A stretch of DNA of 64,000 bases from Squalus acanthias (GCA_030390025.1 JASTWF010000033.1:870001-934000); one strand, 5' to 3'. Counted from the stretch's first letter, positions 45,001-56,110 are shown. The notes: generated by a model from the letters alone, not told the origin. Numbers and translations are program-made.

Positions 45001-48000
45001 GGAATGGGAGTGAGATTTACAGAGTGAGGGAATGGAAGTGAGATTTACAGAGTGAGGGAGTGGGAGTGAGGTTTACAGAGTGAGGGAATGGGAGTGAGAT
45101 TTACCGAGTGAGGGAATGGGAGTGAGATTTACAGAGTGAGGGAATGGAAGTGAGATTTACAGAGTGAGGGAGTGGGAGTGAGGTTTACAGAGTGAGGGAA
45201 TGGGAGTGAGATTTTCAGAGTGAGGGAATTGGTGTGAGAATTACAGAGTGAGGGAGTGGGAGTGAGATTTACAGAGTGAGGGAATGGGAGTGAGAATTAC
45301 TGAGTGAGGGAATGGGAGTGAGATTTACAGATTGAGGGCATGGAAGTGAGAATTAGAGATTGAGTGAAAGGGAGTGAGGTTTACATATTGATGGAATGTG
45401 AGTGAGATTTACAGATTGAGGGAATGGGAGTGAGAATTAGAGATTGAGAGAATGGGAGTCAGTGTTGCAGAGTGAGAGAAAGGGAGTGAGATTTACATAT
45501 TGATGGAATGTGAGTGAGATTTACAGTTTGAGGGAATGGGAGTGAGTTTTACAGAGTAAGGGCATGGGAGTGAGAATTACGGATTGAGGGTATGGGAGTG
45601 AGAATTACAGAGTGATGGAATGGGAGTGAGATTTACAGAGTGAGGGAATGGGAGTGAGATTTACAGAGTGAGGGAATGTGAGTGAGATTTACAGATTGAA
45701 GGAATGTGAGTGAGATTTACAGAGTAATGGAGTGGGAGTGAGATTTACCGAGTGAGGGAGTGGGAGTGAGATTTACAGAGTAAGGGAATGTTTGTGAGAT
45801 TTACAGAGTGAGGGAATGGGAGTGAAGTTTACAGATTGAGGGAATGGGAGTGAGATTTACAGAGTGAGGGAATGGGAGTGAGATTTACAGAGTGAGGGAA
45901 TGGGAGTGAGATTTACAGAGTGAGGGAATGGGAGTGAGATTTACAGAGTGAGGGAATGGGAGTGAGATTTACAGAGTGAGGGAATGGAAGTGAGATTTAC
46001 AGAGTGAGGGAGTGGGAGTGAGGTTTACAGAGTGAGGGAATGGGAGTGAGATTTACAGAGTGAGGGAATGGGAGTGAGAATTACAGAGTGAGGGAGTGGG
46101 AGTGAGATTTACAGAGTGAGGGAATGGGAGTGAGATTTACAGAGTGAGGGAATGGAGTGAGATTTACAGAGTGAGGGAATGGGAGTGAGATTTACAGAGT
46201 GAGGGAATGGGAGTGAGATTTACAGAGTGAGGGAATGGGAGTGAGATTTACAGAGTGAGGGAGTGGGAGTGAGATTTACAGAGTGAGGGAATGGGAGTGA
46301 GATTACAGAGTGAGGGAATGGGAGTGAGAATTACAGAGTGAGGGAGTGGGAGTGAGATTACAGAGTGAGGGAGTGGGAGTGAGAATTACAGAGTGAGGGA
46401 ATGGGAGTGAGATTTACAGAGTGAGGGAATGGAAGTGAGATTTACAGAGTGAGGGAGTGGGAGTGAGATTTACAGAGTGAGGGAATGGGAGTGAGATTTA
46501 CAGAGTGAGGGAATGGGAGTGAGATTTACAGAGTGAGGGAGTGGGAGTGAGATTTACAGAGTGAGGGAATGGGAGTGAGATTTACAGAGTGAGGGAATGG
46601 GAGTGAGATTTACAGAGTGAGGAATGGGAGTGAGATTTACAGAGTGAGGGAATGGGAGTGAGAATTACAGATTGAGGGAATGGGAGTGAGATTTACAGAG
46701 TGAGGGAATGGGAGTGAGATTTACAGAGTGAGGGAGTGGGAGTGAGATTTACAGAGTGAGGGAATGGGAGTGAGATTTACAGAGTGAGGGAATGGGAGTG
46801 AGATTTACAGAGTGAGGGAATGGGAGTGAGATTTACAGAGTGAGGGAATGGGAGTGAGATTTACAGAGTGAGGGAATGGGAGTGAGATTTACAGAGTGAG
46901 GGAATGGAGTGAGATTTACAGAGTGAGGGAATGGGAGTGAGATTTACAGAGTGAGGGAATGGGAGTGAGATTTACAGAGTGAGGGAATGGGAGTGAGATT
47001 TACAGAGTGAGGGAATGGGAGTGAGATTTACAGAGTGAGGGAATGGGAGTGAGATTTACAGAGTGAGGGAATGGGAGTGAGATTTACAGAGTGAGGGAAT
47101 GGGAGTGAGATTTACAGAGTGAGGGAATGGGAGTGAGATTTACAGAGTGAGGGAATGGGAGTGAGATTTACAGAGTGAGGGAATGGGAGTGAGATTTACA
47201 GAGTGAGGGAATGGGAGTGAGATTTACAGAGTGAGGGAATGGGAGTGAGATTTACAGAGTGAGGGAATGGGAGTGAGATTACAGAGTGAGGGAGTGGGAG
47301 TGAGATTTACAGAGTGAGGGATTGGGAGTGAGATTTACAGAGTGAGGGAATGGGAGTGAGATTTACAGAGTGAGGGAATGGGAGTGAGATTTACAGAGTG
47401 AGGGAATGGGAGTGAGAATTAGAGATTGAGGGAATGGGAGTGAGATTTACAGAGTGAGGGAATGGAGTGAGATTTACAGAGTGAGGGAATGGGAGTGAGA
47501 TTTACAGAGTGAGGGAATGGGAGTGAGATTTACAGATTGAGGGAATGGGAGTGAGATTTACAGAGTGAGGGAATGGGAGTGAGATTTACAGAGTGAGGGG
47601 AAGTGGGAGTGAGATTTACAGATTGAGGGAATGGGAGTGAGATTTACAGAGTGAGGGAATGGGAGTGAGATTTACAGAGTGAGGGAATGGGAGTGAGATT
47701 TACAGAGTGAGGAATGGGAGTGAGATTTACAGAGTGAGGGAATGGGAGTGAGATTTACAGAGTAAGGGAATGGGAGTGAGATTTACAGAGTGAGGGAATG
47801 GGAGTGAGATTTACAGAGTGAGGGAATGGGAGTGAGATTTACAGAGTGAGGGAATGGGAGTGAGATTACAGAGTGAGGGAATGGGAGTGAGATTTACAGA
47901 GTGAGGGAATGGGAGTGAGATTTACAGAGTGAGGGAATGGGAGTGAGATTTACAGAGTGAGGGAATGGAGTGAGATTTACAGAGTGAGGGAATGGGAGTG

Positions 48001-51000
48001 AGATTTACAGAGTGAGGGAATGGGAGTGAGATTTACAGAGTGAGGAATGGGAGTGAGATTTACAGAGTGAGGGAGTGGGTTTGAGATTAGCATATTGATG
48101 GAATGTGAGTGGAGATTTGACAGATGAGGGAATGGGAGTGAGATTTACCGAGTGAGGGAATGGAGTGAGATTTACAGAGTGAGGGAATGGAAGTGAGATT
48201 TACAGAGTGAGGGAGTGGGAGTGAGGTTTACAGAGTGAGGGAATGGAGTGAGATTTCAGAGTGAGGGAATTGGTGTGAGAATTACAGAGTGAGGGAGTGG
48301 GAGTGAGATTTACAGAGTGAGGGAATGGGAGTGAGAATTACTGAGTGAGGGAATGGGAGTGAGATTTACAGATTGAGGGAATGGGAGTGAAGTTTACAGA
48401 CTGAGGGAATGGGTGTGAGAATTAGAGATTGAGGGAATGGGAGTGAGATTTACAGAGTGAGGGAATGGAAGTGAGATTTACAGAGTGAGGGAGTGGGAGT
48501 GAGGTTTACAGAGTGAGGGAATGGGAGTGAGATTTACAGAGTGAGGGAATGGGTGTGAGATTTACAGAGTGAGGGAGTGGGAGTGAGATTTACAGAGTGA
48601 GGGAATGGGAGTGAGAATTACTGAGTGAGGGAGTGGGAGTGAGAATTACAGAGTGAGGGAGTGGGAGTGAGATTAACAGAGTGAAGGAGTGGGTATGAGA
48701 ATTAGAGATTGAGGGAATGGGAGTGAGATTTACAGAGTGAGGGAATGGAAGTGAGATTTACAGAGTGAGGGAGTTGGAGTGAGGTTTACAGAGTGAGGGA
48801 ATGGGAGTGAGATTTACAGAGTGAGGGAATGGGTGTGAGAATTACAGAGTGAGGGAGTGGGAGTGAGATTTACAGAGTGAGGGAATGGGAGTGAGAATTA
48901 CTGAGTGAGGGAATGGGAGTGAGATTTACAGATTGAGGGAATGGGAGTGAAGTTTACAGATTGAGGGAATGGGTGTGAGAATTAGAGATTGAGGGAATGG
49001 GAGTGAGATTTACAGAGTGAGGGAATGGAAGTGAGATTTACAGAGTGAGGGAGTGGGAGTGAGGTTTACAGAGTGAGGGAATGGGAGTGAGATTTACAGT
49101 GTGAGGGAATGGGAGTGAGAATTACAGAGTGAGGGAGTGGGAGTGAGATTTACAGAGTGAGGGAATGGGAGTGAGAATTACTGAGTGAGGGAGTGGGAGT
49201 GAAAATTACAGAGTGAGGGAGTGGGAGTGAGATTAACAGAGTGAGGGAGTGGGTATGAGAATTAGAGATTGAGTGAATGGGAGTGAGATTTACAGAGTGA
49301 GGGAATGGAAGTCAGATTTACAGAGTGAGGGAATGGGAGTGAGATTTACAGAGTGAGGGAATGTGAGTGAGATTTACAGATTGAAGGAATGTGTGTGAGA
49401 TTTACCGAGTGCGGGAGAGGGAGTGAGGTTTGCAGAGTGATGGAATGGGAGTGAGATTAACAGAGTGAGGGAGTGGGTGTGAGAATTAGAGATTGAGGGA
49501 ATGGGAGTGAGATTTACAGAGTGAGGGAATGGAAGTGAGATTTACAGAGTGAGGGAATGGGAGTGAGAATTAGATATTGAGGGAATGTGAGTGAGATTTA
49601 CAGAGTGAGGGAGTGGGAGTGAGAATTAGAGATTGAGGGAATGGGAGTGAGATTAACAGAGTGAGGGAATGGGAGTGAGAATTAGATATTGAGGGAATGT
49701 GAGTGAGATTTACAGAGTGAGGGAGTGGGAGTGAGAATTAGAGATTGAGGGAATGGGAGTGAGATTTACAGAGTAAGGGAATGGGAGTGAGATTTACAGA
49801 GTGAGGGAATGGGAGTGAGATTTACAGAGTGAGGGAATGGAAGTGAGATTTAAAGTGTGAGGGAATGGAAGTGAGATTTACAGAGTGAGGGAATGGGAGT
49901 GGGATTTACAGAGTGAGGGAGAGGGAGTGAGGTTCGCAGAGTGATGGAATGGGAGTGAGATTAACAGAGTGAGGGAGTGGGTGTAAGATTTACCGAGTGC
50001 GGGAGAGGGAGTGAGGTTTGCAGAGTGATGGAATGGGAGTGAGATTAACAGAGTGAGGGAGTGGGTGTGAGAATTAGAGATTGAGGAATGGGAGTGAGAT
50101 TTACAGAGTGAGGGAATGGAAGTGAGATTTACAGAGTGAGGGAATGGGAGTGAGATTTACAGAGTGAGGGAATGTGAGTGAGATTTACAGATTGAAGGAA
50201 TGTGAGTGAGATTTACAGAGTAATGGAGTGGGAGTGAGATTTACCGAGTGAGGGAGTGGAAGTGAGATTTACAGAGTAAGGGAATGGGAGTGAGTTTTAC
50301 AGAGTGAGGGAATGGGAGTGAGATTTACAGAGTAAGGGAATGGGAGTGAGATTTACAGAGTAAGGGAATGGGAGTGAGTTTTACAGAGTGAGGGAATGGG
50401 AGTGAGATTTACAGAGTAAGGGAATGGGAGTGAGATTTACAGAGTAAGGGAGTGGAAGAGAGATTTACAGAATGAGGGAATGGGTGTTAGATTTACAGAG
50501 TGACGGAATGGGAGAGAGATTTACAAAGTGAGGGAATGGGAGTGAGGTTTACAGATTGAGGGCATGGAAGTGAGAATTAGAGATTGAGGGAAAGGGAGTG
50601 AGGTTTACATATTGATGGAATGTGAGTGAGATTTACAGATTGAGGGAATGGGAGTGAGAATTAGAGATTGAGAGAATGGGAGTCAGTGTTGCAGAGTGAG
50701 GGAAAGGGAGTGAGATTTACATATTGATGGAATGTGAGTGAGATTTACAGATTGAGGGAATGGGAGTGAGTTTTACAGAGTAAGGGCATGGGAGTGAGAA
50801 TTACGGATTGAGGGTATGGGAGTGAGAATTACAGAGTGATGAAATGGGAGTGAGATTAACAGAGTGAGGGAGTGGGTGTGAGAATTAGATATTGAGGGAA
50901 TGGGCGTGAGATTTACAGAGTGAGGGAATGGAAGTGAGATTTACAGAGTGAGGGAATGGGAGTGAGATTTACAGAGTGAGGGAATGTGAGTGAGATTTAC

Positions 51001-51450
51001 AGATTGAAGGAATGTGAGTGAGATTTACAGAGTAATGGAGTGGGAGTGAGATTTACCGAGTGAGGGAGTGGGAGTGAGATTTACAGAGTCAGGGAATGGG
51101 TGTGAGATTTACAGAGTGAGGGAATGGGAGTGAATTTTACTGATTGATGAATGGGAGTGAGATTTACAGAGTAAGGGAATGGGAGTGAGATTTACAGAGT
51201 GAGGGAATGGGAGTGAGATTTACAGATTGAGGAATAGGAGTTGGATTTACAGCGTGAGGGAATGGGAGTGAGGGTAACAGAGTGAGGGAATGGGAGTGAT
51301 ATTTGCTGAGTGATAGAACGGGAGTGAGATTTTGAGAGTGAGAGAATGCGATTGCGAGTGAGACTCACCGAGTCAGAGACTATGTCTGGCATCGATAGAG
51401 TGACCGAATGGGAGTAGGAATGAGATTTACAGAGTGGGAGAAGGGAATTA
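1..51450. repeat. 28-bp tandem satellite/minisatellite array (AGTGAGATTTACAGAGTGAGGGAATGGG)n, about 1,800 copies, open at the left window edge
   Basis: Directly visible. The line pattern recurs every 420 bp (15 units). The unit is two 14-bp halves that both begin AGTGAG. Composition per unit is 12 G, 9 A, 6 T, 1 C, with no CpG. The array degenerates over ~51,230-51,450. Confidence 0.99.
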
Positions 51451-51854
51451 CATTTGAAGATGAGGGGGCTTGAAGGGTAATCTTTGTGCAAGAAGGGATA
51501 GAGAGGCAAACTAGATAACGATGGATCAGTCCATCCATGTTCTCATTGACCGAATTTCAATGCTTTAGTTAAAAATTATAATTTCATGCGACGCTGTACA
51601 CTGGGTGATATCAAATTAGACACGCATTATCCACTATGCTGGATTCTCCTTTCTGAGGAAGTCATTGGTGGGGAGATTCGGGCGGCGTGAATAATGAACG
51701 GCCAGTTCTCCATCGCCGGTGTTATGTCATTACCCAAACTTAAAGTGAAACCTGTTTGATTTTTCTGACAATCAACATCTCATGTATATTCAGCAGGCAT
51801 TTGCTTTCTCTCTTTAATTTAGCTACATGCTCCATCCCAGTATCATTTTCTGTG

Positions 51855-52005
51855 GCACTTTAGCTTCTGGCGATAATATGAAATGTGCAATATCGAATTG
51901 GCCTTCCATTGTTTTCAATGGGAAGGAAAATCGGGCGTGGTATAAAATAGGGGACATATTGGATATGTCCCATTTTACACCGTCGCCCAAAGTTAATATC
52001 CCCCC
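51855..52005. mobile_element. Short palindromic MITE-like element with internal hairpins
   Basis: Hairpin 51902-51926 (CCTTCCATTG...CAATGGGAAGG). Hairpin 51933-51988 (GGGCGTGGTATAAAATAGGGGACATAT / ATATGTCCCATTTTACACCGTCGCCC). Degenerate outer inverted arms. Related motifs at 56214-56318. Confidence 0.5.
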
Positions 52006-52085
52006 TCTGTGTCACTTTCACGCACACACAACCCACAACTTTGCTGTTTGGACTGAGATACTGAGTGACCCTCTGCTGTTGACAG

Positions 52086-52197
52086 GCCTGGAGGGCATTG
52101 CCAGCCGGCTGGGACTCGGCCTCTTGGCTCCAAGAAAAAAGATCACGGTGATGTTGATGGGGAACAATTCGGCCGGCAAGAGCTCGTTCATCAACTG
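52086..52197 (+). CDS. Internal coding exon A of EHD-like dynamin-superfamily P-loop NTPase (G1/Walker A): (G)LEGIASRLGLGLLAPRKKITVMLMGNNSAGKSSFIN(W)
   Basis: Acceptor CTCTGCTGTTGACAG|GC, donor TG|GTGAGA. 112 nt, phase 1 to 2. GxxxxGKS follows a hydrophobic beta-strand. The split TG|G Trp codon joins in frame to the exon at 57201. Confidence 0.9.
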
Positions 52198-52336
52198 GTG
52201 AGAACGTCATTTGTACTTTTACTCTCGCGATCTTGGTGACGCTGGCAAGGACGCATTTATTCCCAACTCCAGTTGTCTTGAAGGTATTAAGAGCCAACCA
52301 AGTGGTGTGGCATTGGAGTTACTTGTTAATGCTGCG

Positions 52337-53040
52337 GATGTAACATAAATGAATTTTCACAAGGCATTTGATAAAACGCTTCAAAGGAAGCTTGCTACAA
52401 AACTCAGGAAAATGCTATGAGAAACTACAGCAGGATAGCTGTAAATCTGTTGACAGAGAGAAAATGAGCAGGGACTCTAACCAGCGAGAATAGTGCAGGG
52501 GAAAGGTTAGAATTTTAAAATTTAGCTCCAAGCTCCAGCGCAATGCGTCCCGGCTGCCTTCGTTGTCATGAAGGTGAATCACGCCATCGACGGGACTCCC
52601 GCTAAAGGCAGGCGGGGCCTACTTAACATTCAATAGTTGTGCCCCAATCACCTCATCAGGCGTGCCAATTGCCTTGGATCTGGCACGCACCGTTCGCGGC
52701 AGCCCTTTTAAAATCGGGGCCTAATGGGGATGCTTGTATTGGAGACGGGTTGGAAGTGGTATAGTCCGGGGTCAGAACTGCGTCCATTTTAGATCTTGAT
52801 GTATATCAACGATTTGCAATTGAGCATAGGGAGCTTAATCTCAAAATTTGCGCATGAGCCAAATAGCAGCGGATTAAAAAACCAAGAGGACATCGAGTAC
52901 AGGAATTAGAAAGTAAATTTGGACCGGCCTCAGACAGAAAATGTTTGCACTTTTAGGCACCCAATATAGAACCTCATTCAGCCGCAGACAGCATGCAGCA
53001 TAGATTCAGCAAGATGATGCCTTCATGGTGAAGTACTTAA
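52337..53040 (+). mobile_element. Ancient, fragmented CR1-type LINE reverse transcriptase remnant
   Basis: Manual translation gives MNFHKAFDK at ~52349 (CR1 DFxKAFDK motif) and MYINDLQLSIGSLISKFAHE at 52799 (YINDL...ISKFADD motif). Interrupted by a GC-rich segment at ~52500-52720. Confidence 0.65.
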
Positions 53041-53044
53041 GTTA

Positions 53045-53485
53045 AAACTAATCATAGTATCATAGAAAGATAGCAGCGGAGAAATATAAAATCACGGGAC
53101 TGTAGAATGGTGGAGTTACAGAACCAGAGAGTCAAATAAACAGATAATCATTGAATCAGTGAATCATAGAATCATAGAATCTTCGGTCTTTGGAAACACT
53201 GATTCAGAGAATAATGTAACCATAGATATAGAAAATCAGAGGCACACAGTTCAGAGAACTGAGAACTGCAGCATCTTAGAAGCAGAAATCAACGTGAAAG
53301 AAAGGCAGGTAATTTGCATAATTGTCGGGCAATCTGAAATGCCAGTTTGATGTCCAGGCAGCACGCTGAAAATCTACTCCATAGAATCAGAGAACTGAAG
53401 TACGGTAGAATCAGTGCATTATCCAGCTGCAGCACCAACGATTCATAGAATTATACAGCTGTAGAACAGTACAATTATAGAATAA
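53045..53485. repeat. Degenerate short-period tandem repeat (ATAGAATC-like), resembling expanded or decayed CR1 tail microsatellite
   Basis: GAATCATAGAATCATAGAATC at 53161 and many degenerate AGAA(T/C) units either side. Confidence 0.5.
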
Positions 53486-53496
53486 GTGACTAAAAG

Positions 53497-53725
53497 AAAC
53501 ATAGGATTAAATACAGGAGTTGGTAACGCAGCCCCTGTAACCTGTTCTGTCATTCAATTGTATCATGGCTGATAACTTAATTCCCTTGACACATTTACCA
53601 AAAACAATCTCAATATTGAAGTTTCACTTTTCTCAACATTTACAATTTTTGAGAGACAGATATCTAGATTGTTCTGGATTTCCATACAACAGCATATGGA
53701 TTTCCTGTATCTACCCTGTCAAATC
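53497..53725 (-). mobile_element. Older CR1-type LINE 3' end, apparently continuing at ~55008-55045 beyond a younger insertion
   Basis: AAACATAGGATTAAATACAGGAGTTGG...CCTGTTCTGTCATTCAATTGTATCATGGCTGAT parallels the young element's 3' end at 53770-53840. Confidence 0.6.
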
Positions 53726-53734
53726 TGCATCTGA

Positions 53735-55005
53735 CATAGAAACATAGAAACATAAACATAGAAACATAGAAGATAGGAGCAGGAGCAGGCTATTCAACCC
53801 TTCGAACCTGCTCTGCCATTCAATGAGATCATGGCTGATCATCCAAATTCAGTAACCTGTCCCTGCCTTCTCCCCATATCCCTTGATCCCTTTAGCTTTA
53901 ATAAATATATCTAACTCCTTCTTGAATATATTTAATGAATTGGCCTCAACTGCCTTCTGTGATAGAGAATTCCACAGGTTCACCACTTTCTGGGTGAAGA
54001 AATTCCTCCTCATCTCAGTCCTAAATGGCTTACCCCTTCTCCTTAGACTGTGACCCCTGATTCTGGACTCCCCCGCCATCGGGAACATCCTTCCTGCATC
54101 TAGTCTGTCTAGTCCTGTTAGAATTTTATAAGTTTCAATTAGATCCCCTCTCATTCTTCTAAACTCCATCGTGTATAAGCCCAATCGACCCAATCTCTCC
54201 TCATACGTCATTCCTGCCATCCCAGGTATCAGCCTGGTGAATTTTCGCTGCACTCCCTCCATGGCAAGAACATCCTTCCTCAGATAAGGCGACCAAAACT
54301 GCACACAATACTCAAGATGTGGTCTCACCAAGGCCCTGTACAACTGCAGCAAGACATCCTTGTTCCTTTACTCGAACCCTTTCGCTACGAAGGGCAACAT
54401 AGCATTTGCCTTCTTAACCGCCTGCTGCATCTGCATGCATACCTTCAGCGACTGGTGCACAAGGACATCCAGGTCTCGTTGCACTTCCCCTTTTCCCAAT
54501 CTATTGCCATTCAGATAATAATCCGCCTTCCTGTTTTTGACACCAAAGTGGATAACCTCTTATTTATCCACATTATATTGCATCTGCCATGCTTCTGCCC
54601 AATCACACATACTGTACAAATCATATTGGAGATTCTCGGCATTCTCCTCACGGCACACACTCCCACCCAGCTTTGTGCCGTCTGCAAACTTAGATATATT
54701 ACATCCAATTCCCTCGTCTCGATCATTACTATATATTGTGAATAGCTGGGGTCCAAGCACCGATCCCTGCGGTACCCCACTAATCACTGCCTTCACTCGG
54801 AAAAAGTCTAATTTATTCCAACTCTTTGCTTCCTGTCTGCCAACCAGTTCTCTATCCAAGGCTGTACCTTACCTCCAATCCCATGTGCTTTAACTTTGAA
54901 CGCTAATCTCGTATGCGGGACCGTATGGAAAGCCTTCTGAAAGTCCAATTACACCACATCCACTGGTCCCCCCTTATCTATTCTACCAGTTACATCCTCA
55001 AAAAA
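53735..55005 (-). mobile_element. 5'-truncated CR1-clade LINE (shark HER1-like): RT C-terminal part, 3'UTR and (TTCTATGT-type) microsatellite tail; frameshifted
   Basis: ORF 54560..54859 has SGVPQGSVLGPQLF and ISKFADGTK (FADD degenerated). ORF 53849..54352 has LYRALVRPHLEYCVQFWSPYLRKD and RRMRGDLIETYKIL. Tail ACATAGAAACATAGAAAC lies at 53735-53770. Confidence 0.93.
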
Positions 55006-55134
55006 TGCCTTAAGCATTTAAAAAAAACTCGATTAATTCACTCATTATAATTGCAAACCCGCCTGTCCTCATTATTTTACACTTCAGTGGTGGTGGAAAT
55101 GGTTGGGGGGTGGGGGGTGGTGGGAGTGGCGGGA

Positions 55135-56110
55135 CTTCCAGGTTCCCATTATTCTTCGTGGGAAGATGTGCTTCCCGATTTTGCTCGTGAATGACCTAGC
55201 TTTATTTTTAAAGTTATGCTCCCTTCTTTTGGAGGACATAGTTTCTTAGCATTCATCCTACCGAATATTTTTTTTATTTTGAACGCTTCTATCAGATCTC
55301 CTTCAATGTTCTATACTCAGGGGAACAAACATTTCTGCTGGTGAATATGTTCTGTACCCCTCAAACGCCAACAAATGCTTGCTGAGGTGCAATGTCTAGA
55401 ACTGAACCAATTCTCTAGATGGGGGCCTCACCAAGGCTCTCCACAACTTGAGGATAACTTTCTCCGCTTTGACTTCCAGCCCCCTTGACATAGGGGCCAA
55501 CATTCCATCAATCATTTGATTACGTTTGTTACCTGTCTATTATCTTTCAGTGTTTTGTCTGCACGGATACCGAATATATCTTTGCTTCTACATAGTTCGT
55601 AGTTTCTCACGATACAGAGCATCCTCCGAATTAGTTTTCTGGATCCGGAGTGATGGCCTCACGCTTTCCCGTATTGAGATCATTTTGCCACAGTTTTTCC
55701 TTTTCAATTCAACGGTTGTATGTCTTTTTGTAAATTCCTGCTCCCATTCACACATACTAATATGTCTGCCAACTAAGTGCAGCCTTGTAATATACAACTC
55801 TCTATTCCTTCATCCAAACCATTGACAAATATGGTGAAAGGATGAGGACACAGAATAGATCCATGGGCAACAGAACTTGTCACATCAAGACAATCAGATT
55901 ATTTGCAATTTATCCAAACTCTCTGTCTGCTACCTCCCAACCAAATTACAACCCATTTCACAAGGTTGCTGCCAATTCCACACGCTTTCATTTTTGCTAA
56001 TATCTCTTGTTCAAAACCTGATCAACTACCTTCTGGAAGTCCATGCAGAGAACATCCAGGGGCACTCCTTTCTCTAGCATGTTAGTGACCTCCTGAAAAA
56101 ATCAACTAGT
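55135..56110 (-). mobile_element. Third, strongly diverged CR1-type LINE fragment
   Basis: Colinear similarity to the young copy, e.g. GAACTGAACCAATTCTCTAGATGGGGGCCTCACCAAGGCTCT versus AAACTGCACACAATACTCAAGATGTGGTCTCACCAAGGCCCT. CCTTCTGGAAGTCCAT near 56030 is the reverse complement of the DFQKA motif. No intact ORF. Confidence 0.65.

Noticed and set aside
1..51450. CRISPR array or telomeric repeat
   Set aside because: There are no unique spacers and the context is eukaryotic. The unit contains one TGAGGG but no TTAGGG tandem run.
1..51450. Repetitive protein-coding ORF in the array
   Set aside because: 28 is not a multiple of 3, so reading cycles through all frames. TGA on the + strand and TAA on the - strand stop translation within 84 nt.
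1..51450. Immunoglobulin switch-region-like element
   Set aside because: It is G-rich and repetitive, but the unit lacks AGCT/WGCW AID hotspots and no Ig exons are present.
51192..51509. 105-aa minus-strand ORF
   Set aside because: It is a Ser/His/Leu-rich translation of the degenerate satellite edge.
51570..51610. Candidate upstream exon (HATLYT before GGTGA)
   Set aside because: An in-frame TAA lies just upstream, with no start codon or acceptor, so this is a chance match.
51827..52085. N-terminal extension of ORF 51827..52201 as the true protein start
   Set aside because: It runs through a palindromic repeat and a clear acceptor at 52085. It is more simply explained as open intron sequence, though not formally excluded without RNA data.
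54317..54893. Plus-strand ORFs of 142 aa and 118 aa
   Set aside because: They are antisense shadows of the CR1 reverse transcriptase.
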